Below are positions 25,101-36,190 of a stretch of DNA of 64,000 bases, piece after piece (the first letter of the stretch is position 1; every line of letters starts with the position of its first letter). Both the position numbers and the translations under genes were made by a program. This DNA comes from Ascidiella aspersa (lineage: Eukaryota). The stretch spans positions 17,980,001-18,044,000 of the forward strand of contig OZ004611.1 in assembly GCA_963924565.1 (NCBI GenBank), given 5' to 3'. The notes beneath the pieces were generated by a model that had not been told where the DNA came from, did no database searches, and saw only the letters and a program-made list of their open reading frames with translations.

Positions 25101-28100
25101 TTGAACAACTACAACACCCTTATTATAACACTCGTGGACGTCAAAGAAACAATATAAAAACTACTCATTTTTTTTATATTTACAAATATCTGCCTACGAA
25201 AATCAAGCATTGAATTGTCATAGTTATTCAATCAGCACTTCAAGCCTTTAAAGAAGTCAATCGTAATTTAACCACATGTGCTCTTAATATAATGGAATCG
25301 AATCACATTGCCAGTTGCAATTAAAGGGTTAAAAGGTGAATTTTAAGAAAGTCCCAGTTAACACACTTGAAATGGAAACAGGAGCGCTCTCGACCGGATT
25401 GAGGGATGTGGATCAATCAAACGAAGTGACATTAGCGGATTTCTGAACGATACGACCTATGGTTTACGCGGGCGTTTTGATTGATTGATTCATTCTGTTT
25501 TAAGTCGTTACAGAATGAATAGGCTATTTTTTTATTGTGTTTTTTTATTTTTCACATCTAACTTTAAATTGCATATCAAATGCACTTGATGCTATGTTTG
25601 TTTAAGTTTTATGCCGAAATAAAGCTATTTATAGACTATAGGTGCTTTTTACGTGTTTCACAATCAGCTTTTCATGAAGCCTTTAAAGCGAATTTTAACA
25701 TCATAAAAATGCGACAGATTGTTAAGCAGTTGTCTATCGAACTTTTTCGTGTACGAACTTTGTATCGCGGCCAATTTTATGCAATGACAGAATGTTTCGT
25801 ACCTTATGATTCCCGATTTAAAGCAAGGTAATCGCATTTCGACAAATGTTTCGTTACCCGAGCGAAGCAATGCACATAGGAAGACGCAGCGCGCAAATCG
25901 CCGCAGTATGCCGAGCGATTGTCGATCGAGACAGCAAGCCGAAAACGGGCGTCTTGCGCTAATGCGATTGTAAAAGTCAGTCGTTCCCACGAGCAGGCTG
26001 AGACAATGGATGTCGGGAATTCCCCGAATGCGCGCACTGCTGGACGCTGCCGCTGCCGGGGTAAGGGCGGAAAGAGCGGTAAAAAATTGGGCCCGGGCGC
26101 CGCTGACCCTAATTTTGCTCCACGAGCGTGGTTGTAAAAACGTCCAAAGCAGCAGCGGGTCGTCCGTGCGAACGTGGAGTCGCAGTGCCTGGGCGGGGCA
26201 ACTTCTTGCCAATTTCCCTTACATCGATTCCTTTAACGCTTTGCCGTTTCGCATTGTGACGTCGCTTCCTCGGGGCCCAGTTCACCTACATTAGTTGGAG
26301 TCTATGACCACTGTCCTGCGATTTTGTACCACACTGAAGCGACAGCGCATTATGCTATCAATAATAAATGTCATATTTGAACGAAAGTTAATTTATGCGA
26401 ACTGAATTTCTTTCCTTTGTGCAGTTCATTAACTAATTCTTAAAAAAAAACGGAAATTCGTTTACATGTGTAGGCATATAGGAATAAACAAGTTCGCTTC
26501 TTGGGCAGTTTTTAATCACTGTTTTGATAGAATTATGTGTCCAGACTCTAGCGGTCGGGCCATATAAGCTGTCCCGTTAACGTCCTATAAGCATCGTTCA
26601 TTCATCTATCCGTCAATGAAAGTTTTTACTACGAGGCCGGTGCTGAGAGTCAATACACAACGGCCGAACAAAGGCCAGCGAGTTTCCCGGCGTGTTAAAA
26701 ACGTAGCCCATCAAAAGGGCATATAGATATGAGCGTAGCACACACAAACACCAATCGCACAAAGGCCATTACAATTTCTAAGGGCCCTTGGCTACACATC
26801 GTTCAACAAAGTGGGGCTTCGACGGAGTGTGTGGCCACTATAACTTTGTAAGAGCCGGTAAGCCACAATAGGAATGAAACATCGCTGTTATTGTGACCCT
26901 GGCCACCCGCCGCTATCACAATGGTCGCAGTCTTCCGATGAAGTAGCGGGGCGATTTTATTAAGACATTTTGTCGCATCTTTCGTATTGTTACTTTTGGA
27001 TCGCTTTGGTGTCAGGGAGGGGGCGAGAAGAGGATATTTATTGCGCGTTTTCTCCATTGATCGGCGCATTAAAACAAACACTTCAGCGCTTGGACACAAT
27101 GCACTGGACAAGGCAATTTCGCGTATTTGGCGCCGTTAGCATTGAAACCTAATTTGCCGTAAATCGTTCAAGTTGTCATTCGGCGTTAAATCAACTTTCA
27201 CGATTCACGCCCGCAACGCGACAATGATAGCTCGTGAACGCGAGTTATATGACTTTTATCGATTTAAAAAAGGCCTATGCTGTATTAGCGATTGCGTCTC
27301 AAAGAATACAACATAAAATTATTATGCTGTATATATAACAAGTTGGATAACGCTCTATGCAATAATACCGTCAATAGTAGCTGTCGTTAAAACGGGAGGA
27401 TAAAATAACGGCTAAAGCTTTTCGATTGTTAAATTACGAAAACCTAAACAACCGTCGTTATTCTCTGATGAATATTCGGTTTGGTTTGAAAAGACGTACC
27501 ACCAACGGAAACTGTGTTAATTAAAACTATATCTATTCGAAAGGGTGTAAGCTATGCCTGTGTAGACGTGACAGGACTCAAGTTATTGGACGCGGGCGTA
27601 TGAGTTATGCTGACGGGTTATGATAAGACGCTTGCGAATGTCGGTTTTCGGTGGCAGCGCTTCTCTGTTATTTTTGCGCGGCGTCGGTAGCGAAAATATC
27701 GGCTGGAGTCTTTCAAACATCGCGTGCGGATTTAGCCAAGTCGCCTGCGGGACGGGATTGGACTTGTCCTGGCCTTTGCCAGCAACAGGCCGACCTTATA
27801 ACTTTACTCTGGTTTCTTTTATGTGCCGTGTATGGTCTGGCGACCGACGTTGTGCTATATACTGAATCGCTGCGTGCCTTCAGAGCCGCACCGACCATGT
27901 AAGCCTGCGCATAGCCTACCATTTAACGCGAACAACTCATCCAACACACGAATGCACTCGCGTACACATATACATAACCCCACGTACCCACACAAACGTC
28001 CAAACATGTTAAAACTATAGGATATTTGGATTATGTGAAAGTAATTGGTATTGAATTTAACGATGGATTTTGTTGCGTGGGACAGCAAGCTTGACATTGA

Positions 28101-31100
28101 TCTGGTCATGGCGCACTTTTACGATAGTCTAAACTGTAAATCCTCCTTGAAGCGCATGTTCCATAGCTCGAGTGTGATTTTGTAGGAAAAGTTTTAATAA
28201 CTATTTAGGTATCATCATGTTTGGCGTATTCCTTATTATATTAGGCATACAAATCTTCCCTTGGTCATTTGTTTGACGTTAAATGCGCGCATCGAGTATC
28301 GTAAGCTGCTAACTTTAAATCCACATGTTTGTGATTTCAGAAACGTGTGTCTTTCGAGCCGACGAAAACGACTCTGCCAAAGTCAAGTCGACGGCGTCAT
28401 CGGTTGTTGTCGTTGTTGGAAAAACAAGCAAACAGACGCTGGACAAACCCTACCGTCCTCCAAACAACAACAGGTTGCCTACCGTCCGACTAAATACCCA
28501 CTCATCCCCGCCGCGAATTGTGTCATTGACAATGCGATTGTTAGCCAACTGGATTTGGGGGGCGTTTGCGACGCGGCGAAAACACACCGTGGCGTGCAAA
28601 AAAGCAGGTAGGGACGAGCTAAAAGCAAACGAAACGCATAAGTAAACTTACGCGCGTACCTGTTCGCCGCTGAAGGTGCTGTCTTATCTGCTGGTTACGA
28701 GGGTAAGCTGGATCGCGGTTCGCACGTGGTGATAGCGAGACAATGGAGGTCTGCTGCTGCTGCTCCAAATCGCAAACGGCGACTTGTCCGTACGACTTGG
28801 GCGCTGTTATCTACTGGACGTTTTGCGCATTTTTTCAGTTGTTTGTTTGCGAATTTCTCGTGTCGTCACTACCTAGAATGCAATGATCACTTAAACTGCT
28901 ATGGTAAAATTCGCATTCGGGTGAATTTTGTTTATTTTTTCAATCGTATATTGCGCGACACCATAAGTGTTTAATTAGAATAAATCTAAACCATAAAATA
29001 GTCTACGCATACAGACTCAAAAATAGAGTAGAAACGTTGCACTTTCTCTTGAGTTTCGTAAAACTTGTGTGTGCCTAATAAACAAAACACCACTTTAATG
29101 ATGAAAATAACGGCCCAAATAGACGTAAAAAGCGACATGCTTTATTGTTTAAACGTTCGCACTGATGATGGCATGAGCATTTGCCGAAACGTTTGAACAA
29201 TAAAGCATGTCGCTTTTTATGTCTATTTGGGCCGTTATTTTCACCATTAAACTTATGAACAGATCCGTATATAGTGTTCCAAAACACCACTATTTATAAA
29301 AAAACAAATACATTTTACCGTTTGCAAGAACTTGTTTAAATATTATGAAACAATGGTATTCATAGCATTGTATGAAAATCTAAAGCAAGTTGATATGATA
29401 TCCCCATCCGATTTTTTTGAAAACTCGCCGATCCCCCAAAAAAATTTCTCGAAACCAAATTTGGGTCAAAACGACCACGTGAACGGCGAACGTTTAAAAG
29501 CCATGCTTCACACCAACGAGAATATGGCGACGAAGCGTGGTAAGAACAACTTTTCTATGGCAACTTTCCTTTTAGGAGAAATCGCCTCGCTTTTCGGAGT
29601 CGCTGACTTGCCGCCGCAATCATGGGAAAAACAATCGATAGAGTCAACTGTTATTCAAAGTCAGTCGTTTTAGCCTGACGCGAACGAATAAACTGTGCGC
29701 CTTGTCGAGAAGGCGGACACTCTTATCCTTGGCGCTGCAGTCCACACAAACGGATAATGTGACCAAAAGACGTCGACAAACCCTAGAATTTATATTATAT
29801 ATAAATGCAGTGTTCAGACATTTTATCCACTTTGCTTACCGACACTGAAAGGTCTGGCTTTCGCTTGCGAAAAGCCACGACTTCTGAATGTATACTTTAT
29901 TCCATGAAATAATATTTTTGCTGATAAATCACCGTTAAGATGCCGGCACACTTGGTTTATTTTTCCACTACAACATTCGTCCCAGTGACATTCTCACAAC
30001 AACGCAAAGAAACTTCCCGACCCCTTAACAACGTTCATGCTGCAATTCACCCGTGAGCCGTTTTCCAATTTGCGATTCGCCTCAAGATTTTCGCGCGTAA
30101 CCTAAAAATAAACCCTATTACTCGCTGGCTGGAGGCAGCAGGCGCGTCCACGGGGTTGTTCTTGTTTTTATTTATATATACAATGCCAATGCCACTCGTT
30201 TCCTTCCATTTTAAATGAAATATGCGGGCAATCGCACGCAACACAAGCATACTTTATTTGATTTCTGACGGCGTATATGCCCCCCCTAAAACAGCAGTGC
30301 CCCGTTGCAATGGCAAAGTCATTTACCAACATACATCTATATATTACCTGTTTATATTCGTGTGACTTTGATGAATTTTCAAAAAAAATTGCCAGCAAGA
30401 CGTAATTTTTGCGTATCTAAATGTCAAATTAGTAGTTAGCAATTTTGAAACTAACGAAATCTTTAGTGTAAAATTAGATTGTAAAATCAAGTCTTTTCAC
30501 AAGTTTTTTCTTTTAAAAATATTTTAGTGTATGCGTATAGTTCGATGATCGACCGCAAATTTTATACGACCGTACGAATTTCATTGTGAGCCGCAAAAAG
30601 CTGCCATTAGGAGCAACGGCAGTGACACGACATCTAACTCGCGACCCATGTCCAAAACAAAAACAAACCCCATAGGGCACCGACCCAGCACCCATAAAGT
30701 GCACCCACGTTGACTGACAAGCCATGACCGCTGCCTCTAGCAACGGCACGCCAACCGGAAGGGGAAAGTTTTCTGACTTTGAATTTGGACAAAAATTTGG
30801 TAAAGATAAAAATGTATGAAAACGATTTAAGTGCATCTTGTATGAGGCTTTTAATACGCTGCAATAATGGATGCGATGGCTTTGTCCCGACTTGTCCGAC
30901 GTGCGTGACGCACAAACTTTAATTACGAAAAAAAAAACAGTCGATTTTTGCCTGTTTCTTGTTTTATTTGGGAGGTGTAAACTACTAGCGATTCTATAGA
31001 ATTTAATTTGCTGTGCAGAAATCCAACGACTAAAAGAAAACAAAAAATTACGCAGAAATTTATATATAAAAACACTTCACTGAATGTCTGCTGAATATAA

Positions 31101-31510
31101 TCCTTTAACTCTTAAATTGTAGAATCGAATGTTTTGATATAAAATGAGTGCCATGGTTTTTTGGTATGTTCCAAATTGCTATTACCGATACGTTTTGTTT
31201 AGCTGATAAATTACACCCGACTCTATTGAGTTACAGAATTCAAATTTTTACTGTTTTTCAAGTTGTATCTAGGTAAGGTTAGAATGCGGAATCGAAAACA
31301 ATCATATCTGAAATTTATCGCATCGCGCCCCTTATCGTCACGAATCTTCCTGAACGGGGGTTGGCTCCATAGTGGGCTGTGTTTAGATGGTGCCTGCACG
31401 CTACGGCGAAAACGGCGTGTCCGTACGGCCGAGGGGAAAAAAGGCGAGCAGCCGTTTCGGCGCGACGAGATAGGCCGCTGGGAAGAGAAAGGCAGAACTC
31501 GCTGCTGACA
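16190..31510. promoter_or_regulatory. Upstream array of ~19 GC/CpG-rich noncoding islands: putative SoxB1 cis-regulatory modules
   Basis: No credible exons. 200-500 bp CpG-rich blocks containing Sox, GATA, AP-2, ETS, E-box and Su(H) motifs alternate with AT-rich spacers. Confidence 0.55.
29094..29251. repeat. Near-perfect inverted repeat: 64-bp arms, 30-nt spacer
   Basis: 29094-29157 matches the reverse complement of 29188-29251 with 3 mismatches, all transitions. Confidence 0.9.
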
Positions 31511-31550
31511 TAAAGGTGAATTCAGTTGGCTTGGATATCATTCAGTTGTT
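31200..31550 (+). promoter_or_regulatory. Putative SoxB1 proximal and core promoter
   Basis: CATAAA at 31509-31514 lies ~30 bp upstream of Inr-like TCATTC/TCAGTT at 31538-31547. GATA cores at 31204, 31315, 31331, 31468 and 31534; AP-2-like GCCGAGGGG at 31428; GC-rich block at 31320-31510. Confidence 0.5.
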
Positions 31551-32044
31551 TCCTATTGTGAGCCCAGGCCATTCAGAGTATTGTATAAGTTCGCATTGTT
31601 AAAACTGGCGCACATTGAAAGTTATGATCGCCGCGACTGATTGTCGAGAGTGTTTGTATGTCTCTGTTCAATTTCAGCTTTTCGAGTCCACTTAAGCAAT
31701 ATGTGCGATGAATGCGCCGCGACAATTAGCGATTTTGTTTAAGAGCCTTTCAGGTTTACCAAATCGTGTTGATTTTGCGACTAAAATCTATAGGAAGGCA
31801 TATTTCAGTTTTCTTTGATGTTAGACAGCAATCTTAAACTAACTTGAAATCTATAATTTGTTCTTGTAGATCTTAGTTTGAAACCATTTAAAAATATTGT
31901 TGCTACAGTATTTTAAATTCGATGTCAGCGTTGTTGCCTATTATTTATAAATAGCGAGAGCATCAGTCAGTGTAAAATAAAAAAATCGAAAGACTAACGA
32001 TTGCAAATATGTTTTACCGGACTTCTAGAACGATTTAAATTTCA

Positions 32045-32068
32045 AATTTTTTCTTTATTCATTTTCAG
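32045..32068 (+). other. 3' splice or SL trans-splice acceptor in the SoxB1 5' leader
   Basis: Polypyrimidine tract ttttttctttattcattttcAG|G, 155 nt upstream of the ATG. Confidence 0.6.
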
Positions 32069-32223
32069 GTTCTGGAAACCTTTTTTGCTTCAAATCATTT
32101 CAAAATCCTTATAAATCGCAGCGCGATTACCCGTTGAGAAAATCTTTACCCGAAACGAGCACATTTGTCGTCAAGATTGAAGTCTACGCTCGTCACCCCT
32201 TCGCCGAAAATAATCCCTTCAAA

Positions 32224-32520
32224 ATGTTGGCAGTCGATTCGGCGCAAGCCAGTTGGATGCCGGTGCCCTACCCTCCGACCGGCATGGTCCCAAGCAACCA
32301 CCATCTTCCCCCGCCCCCAATGGCATCAACTGGAATGCCAGCCGACGTGAAACCGTACCTCAGTGATTCGATGTCGATCGGCGGACAAATGACGCACATT
32401 TCCCCGCCTGTTTCCCACCATCCGCAGGCCCACGCGCAAAATCACCAGAACAGCTCCAATGCGGCCGCAGCCAAGGCAGCGCAAGAGCAACGCGTCAAAC
32501 GACCAATGAATGCTTTCATG
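32224..32520 (+). CDS. SoxB1: SoxB1 coding exon 1
   Basis: First ATG (aaaATGt) after the acceptor at 32068; 99 codons ending PMNAFM|GTAAGT. Confidence 0.9.
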
Positions 32521-34875
32521 GTAAGTTACTACCACTACTGAGTACTAAACTTTCTAGCTAAATCGTCTAAAAATCTAAAATAGGACCCCACTAGCATATC
32601 GTCTTTGAAAATCACTGGTTAAAAGCGAATAATAATGAATTAATTGTAACGCCGAAACTGTGTTTTGTTGGGTATAGGCAGTTGCGACAGATATTTTATT
32701 GGTCATTGTACAAACGCCACAGGGATCGCATTTACAAAGCGGCCGCAATAAAACCTTGTCGATCGACAGTTGATATTTCGTCTTTGACGTAATTCCAAGG
32801 TCGTTAAAGCGACTTACGGCTGGTCCCGAGTACTGACTCCCGCAAATTGTCAACTATGGGAATTTTGCCTCTAGGTGTGGAAATATTGATTCTTTGCAGT
32901 GGTTTTAGCGTTAAATTGCGTTAAAAGCATTTAAAGGTCCTTCAGATACGCTTGTGTTGTTTAAATATATTTCTGGATTAAAATTGCAAGTTAACATAAG
33001 AAAATTATCGAATGGTCATATCAAACCTAATTCGAGAAAAACCCTTTTTTATTTCTTCGATCTTGTATCGAAGTTTATAAGCTCCCATAGAAAAATGCTC
33101 GGTTCTATAGTCCAAACGAATGTCCCGCCAGGCTACAAAAATCCTTCAACTGGTCATATTTGACGAGCGATGACAGGCACCCTATAGCGTGACTTGCACT
33201 CGTTTCGTCCCTCCATTTAAGCTTCGTTTTCTTCAATACTGCTGTGCCGTTAGGCGGGCAAAACAAATGACAGAAAAATGCCTAAATATTATGCTGGTAA
33301 ATTACTGGTATTATAAATGTTAGTTAAAAAACAATAAAATCCTGAATGTGTTAGTGAAAAAACTACAAACGTGATTCGCGCGAAGCGAATTTTGTGTATT
33401 GGCGTCTGGACCGCCATTTTGTCTGTCCTTTTTGCGGCAAGATGGCGCCCTAGCGGTAGGGATTAGACTTAATTTAATTTTGCCAACTCTAGAATAATTA
33501 CAAGCGGCACTTGAAGTTTCTGCCGCCGATTAAAAAGTGCCTAAATAAAATCGCGCAGGTGTAATTTCGCCTTTGTTCTCCCAGTGCGGAAGTGTCCAGA
33601 CAGGTAGTTACGGCACATAGACTGAATAAAGCGTAACAATAGACTGGCTGCAGCCCCCCGAATTGTCTTTAATTTGTTACACTATTGTCCGTCTTCTCGC
33701 TACTAGTTTTAAGTGAACAGATAAGGTTGCAACTTATTTTGTAGAATAGAACAATGCCTAGAAGGCGTATACACCGAAGGTAGTATTTAGCGGCGTTCAA
33801 CCAATTTTTAGAAAAAATAATGCGCTAATTAAGTACGTGGTGGTTTGCAATTCACGAAAGCGGCTATTTATTGTGTTATTTTTTTCTTTAATAGTTTGCA
33901 TATGAATCAGGAAATTGCATTAACAATTTTATTATTTATTAGGTTTGGTCACGTGGACAGAGACGCAAGATGGCACAAGAAAACCCCAAAATGCACAACT
34001 CTGAGATTTCCAAGCGTCTCGGCGCCGAGTGGAAAACACTTTCGGACACAGACAAGCGCCCGTTCATCGACGAAGCCAAGCGTCTCCGCGCCCTGCACAT
34101 GAAGGAGCACCCCGACTACAAGTACCGACCCAGACGAAAGACAAAGCCAATCCTCAAGAAGGACAAGTTCCAGATGGGCGGCAGCGGCATGATGCCGTCC
34201 AATGTTCTTCCCGGTGGACCGAACCGTAACCCCAACCCGATCGATTACTCACAACTCTCGCATAGCTACTACGGGCACCAGGTTTCGCCGCAAGATCAGA
34301 TGAGTTCCTATGCCAGCGCTTCACCACACGGCTTCCCAAGTCACCCGGGTATAGGAAACGGCGCCGCCGCCTCACAAAGATACGAGCCTATGTCGATGTA
34401 CTACCCGGCGTACAGCGGAGCCGCTACAGCTTTGCCGAGTATGAGTTCCCTGACCGCTCAACACAACGGCTACCCACCACAGGCCGCTTACTCGGTGGGT
34501 TCGCCCGCTTACAGCCTTCCCCAGCCCCACACTCCGACCAACTCGATCCACAGCATCGCTGGCTCCCATCACAGCAGCAGCGGGGTCCACTCACCCGCCA
34601 ACACAAGCCCGGGGGCTTCGTCGGTCACGTCAGCACCCCCGTCGTCCGGTGGAAGCCCTATTCACCAACCGGGGCTCTCTATGCTGCCCGGCCACGCGCA
34701 AATTAACCAGATGTACCTGCAGATGAGCAGCGAGAGTCAAAGTAACCCACCCGCTAACGATCCAGAATCTCCCGGGATGTCGAGGGTGAACAGCATGCAG
34801 CCGTCCCCACACTACCAGGCTGTGTCGTCAGTTGGCCAGGTGCCAATGAATATGCACGTGCCTCACAACATGTAA
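32224..34875 (+). CDS. SoxB1: SoxB1 (Sox1/2/3) HMG-box transcription factor, 2 coding exons, 409 aa (whole-gene span)
   Basis: Exons 32224-32520 and 33943-34875 join to give [10 protein letters not shown]|[31 protein letters not shown]...[21 protein letters not shown], the group B HMG box and B-homology tail. The long Ser/Pro/Tyr-rich C-terminus with INQMYL and terminal PHNM resembles the B1 motifs (MISMYLP, PLSHM). Confidence 0.95.
33943..34875 (+). CDS. SoxB1: SoxB1 coding exon 2
   Basis: ttatttattag|GTT TGG TCA (VWS); open to TAA at 34873-34875. Confidence 0.95.
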   Translation, partial: VWSRGQRRKMAQENPKMHNSEISKRLGAEWKTLSDTDKRPFIDEAKRLRALHMKEHPDYKYRPRRKTKPILKKDKFQMGGSGMMPSNVLPGGPNRNPNPIDYSQLSHSYYGHQVSPQDQMSSYASASPHGFPSHPGIGNGAAASQRYEPMSMYYPAYSGAATALPSMSSLTAQHNGYPPQAAYSVGSPAYSLPQPHTPTNSIHSIAGSHHSSSGVHSPANTSPGASSVTSAPPSSGGSPIHQPGLSMLPGHAQINQMYLQMSSESQSNPPANDPESPGMSRVNSMQPSPHYQAVSSVGQVPMNMHVPHNM

Positions 34876-36190
34876 ATTGGCTCCAGACTACACATCGAAA
34901 CCCTAGAAGAGCGCCGTTCCCCGAGGTTGTATTCGCACAGGACACGGAGGGATATAAACACTAGCAGCAGCAGTAGCTCTGCGGCAGCCTCGCTTTTTCT
35001 TTGGTTAGCGAACCACCAACTGTGACCCGCTCCCTCGCTCTCTCTTTATATAATCCAATGTAAATAGGAGGCAAAGTTATTAAAGTCGGGCTCAGCAGTG
35101 CTGGCTCAAAGAATCGACACATTCCAGCTTTTTGTACATAAGCCACTGTCGCATATCACGTCCTCACAAAGCAGATCGTTATTGCAGCCTGCTTGATGCA
35201 TTTCGTTTTATCAATCAGCCTTCATGGCTCTTAACTTTTCGATGACACCTACGATATAATTATCGATATTGTTTCGTTCATGGTTCGTATTTATTGCTTG
35301 TTCTTTTATTGCTTTTACCAGTAACACATCGGAATTGCATATCTATCTTCAAGCCACACTGTCCCACTATTTCCTCTATATAACAGTAGCACCGATATAT
35401 TGCAAACGGTCTGATTTTCGAAATAGGTTTGCCTATGTAGTGACGAATTCTGCCGTTGTTATTAGTCTCTGCATATAATACACATTGTCGCATGATCAAG
35501 AATTGTATTAAATTCAAGTGTCTGATCATTTACGCTTCATTTAAATTTAGATTTCCAATAATATATAAGTGGAACCAGAATGTTCTAGCTAAATTTGTTC
35601 ATTATTCACTTTGATTATTATTATTCTCAAAAAAGAATTTTATGTTTTTAAACTGTAATACAAAGATACTCCAACTGCTTCAACGATAAAAACTAAAAAT
35701 GCCAAATTAAATGCTTCAAGATTTCGTTAATTTTTCGAATTTACGTATTTATTTCTCGCTCACTGTAGCACATTTTTGAAACTCCCATCCCATTTATTTC
35801 ATTTTGTGATTCAAACGTACTCTGTTTTTTGCCGTTTTCTATTTTATTGTGTCACCATCATTTGTGACATTGCTAACCGTAACAGAGCGCTTTTCGTATC
35901 ATGGCGATTTTTGGCTTTCGGATAGTTATTTCGTATGCCCTGGTTGGCACGAATTTGACTTGATGATACGAATCAGACATCCAAATTCTGTTTTTGTTAT
36001 TTACGCACGGATTTTTTTTTGAGCTTTTGCAAAAACAAACCATGTTTTTTACGTGGGTGAGTTTCTTCTAAATATTGCTTTAATAATATCCCACACTTTT
36101 ACACGATACCGATTTTCTGTTGTTGTTTTTGTGCTGTTTTATTTGCTGTCGAACAGCGGTAGTCGATTATGGTAGTGCTGAAATAAAAAT
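34876..36190 (+). other. Probable SoxB1 3' UTR ending near AATAAA at 36182-36187
   Basis: U-rich sequence after the stop codon. The first AATAAA I could find is at 36182; ATTAAA variants occur earlier. Confidence 0.5.

Noticed and set aside
25664-26294. Overlapping 72-182 aa ORFs on both strands
   Set aside because: No recognisable domain or splice-consistent structure; long ORFs are expected in GC-rich islands.
30513-31043. 176-aa minus-strand ORF upstream of SoxB1
   Set aside because: Random-looking composition, non-ATG start, no homology I can recognise.
32134-32223. ORF-track start at TTG 32134 for SoxB1
   Set aside because: Non-AUG start taken from a prokaryote-style track; the first ATG in good context is at 32224. 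Kept only as a hypothesis in the findings.
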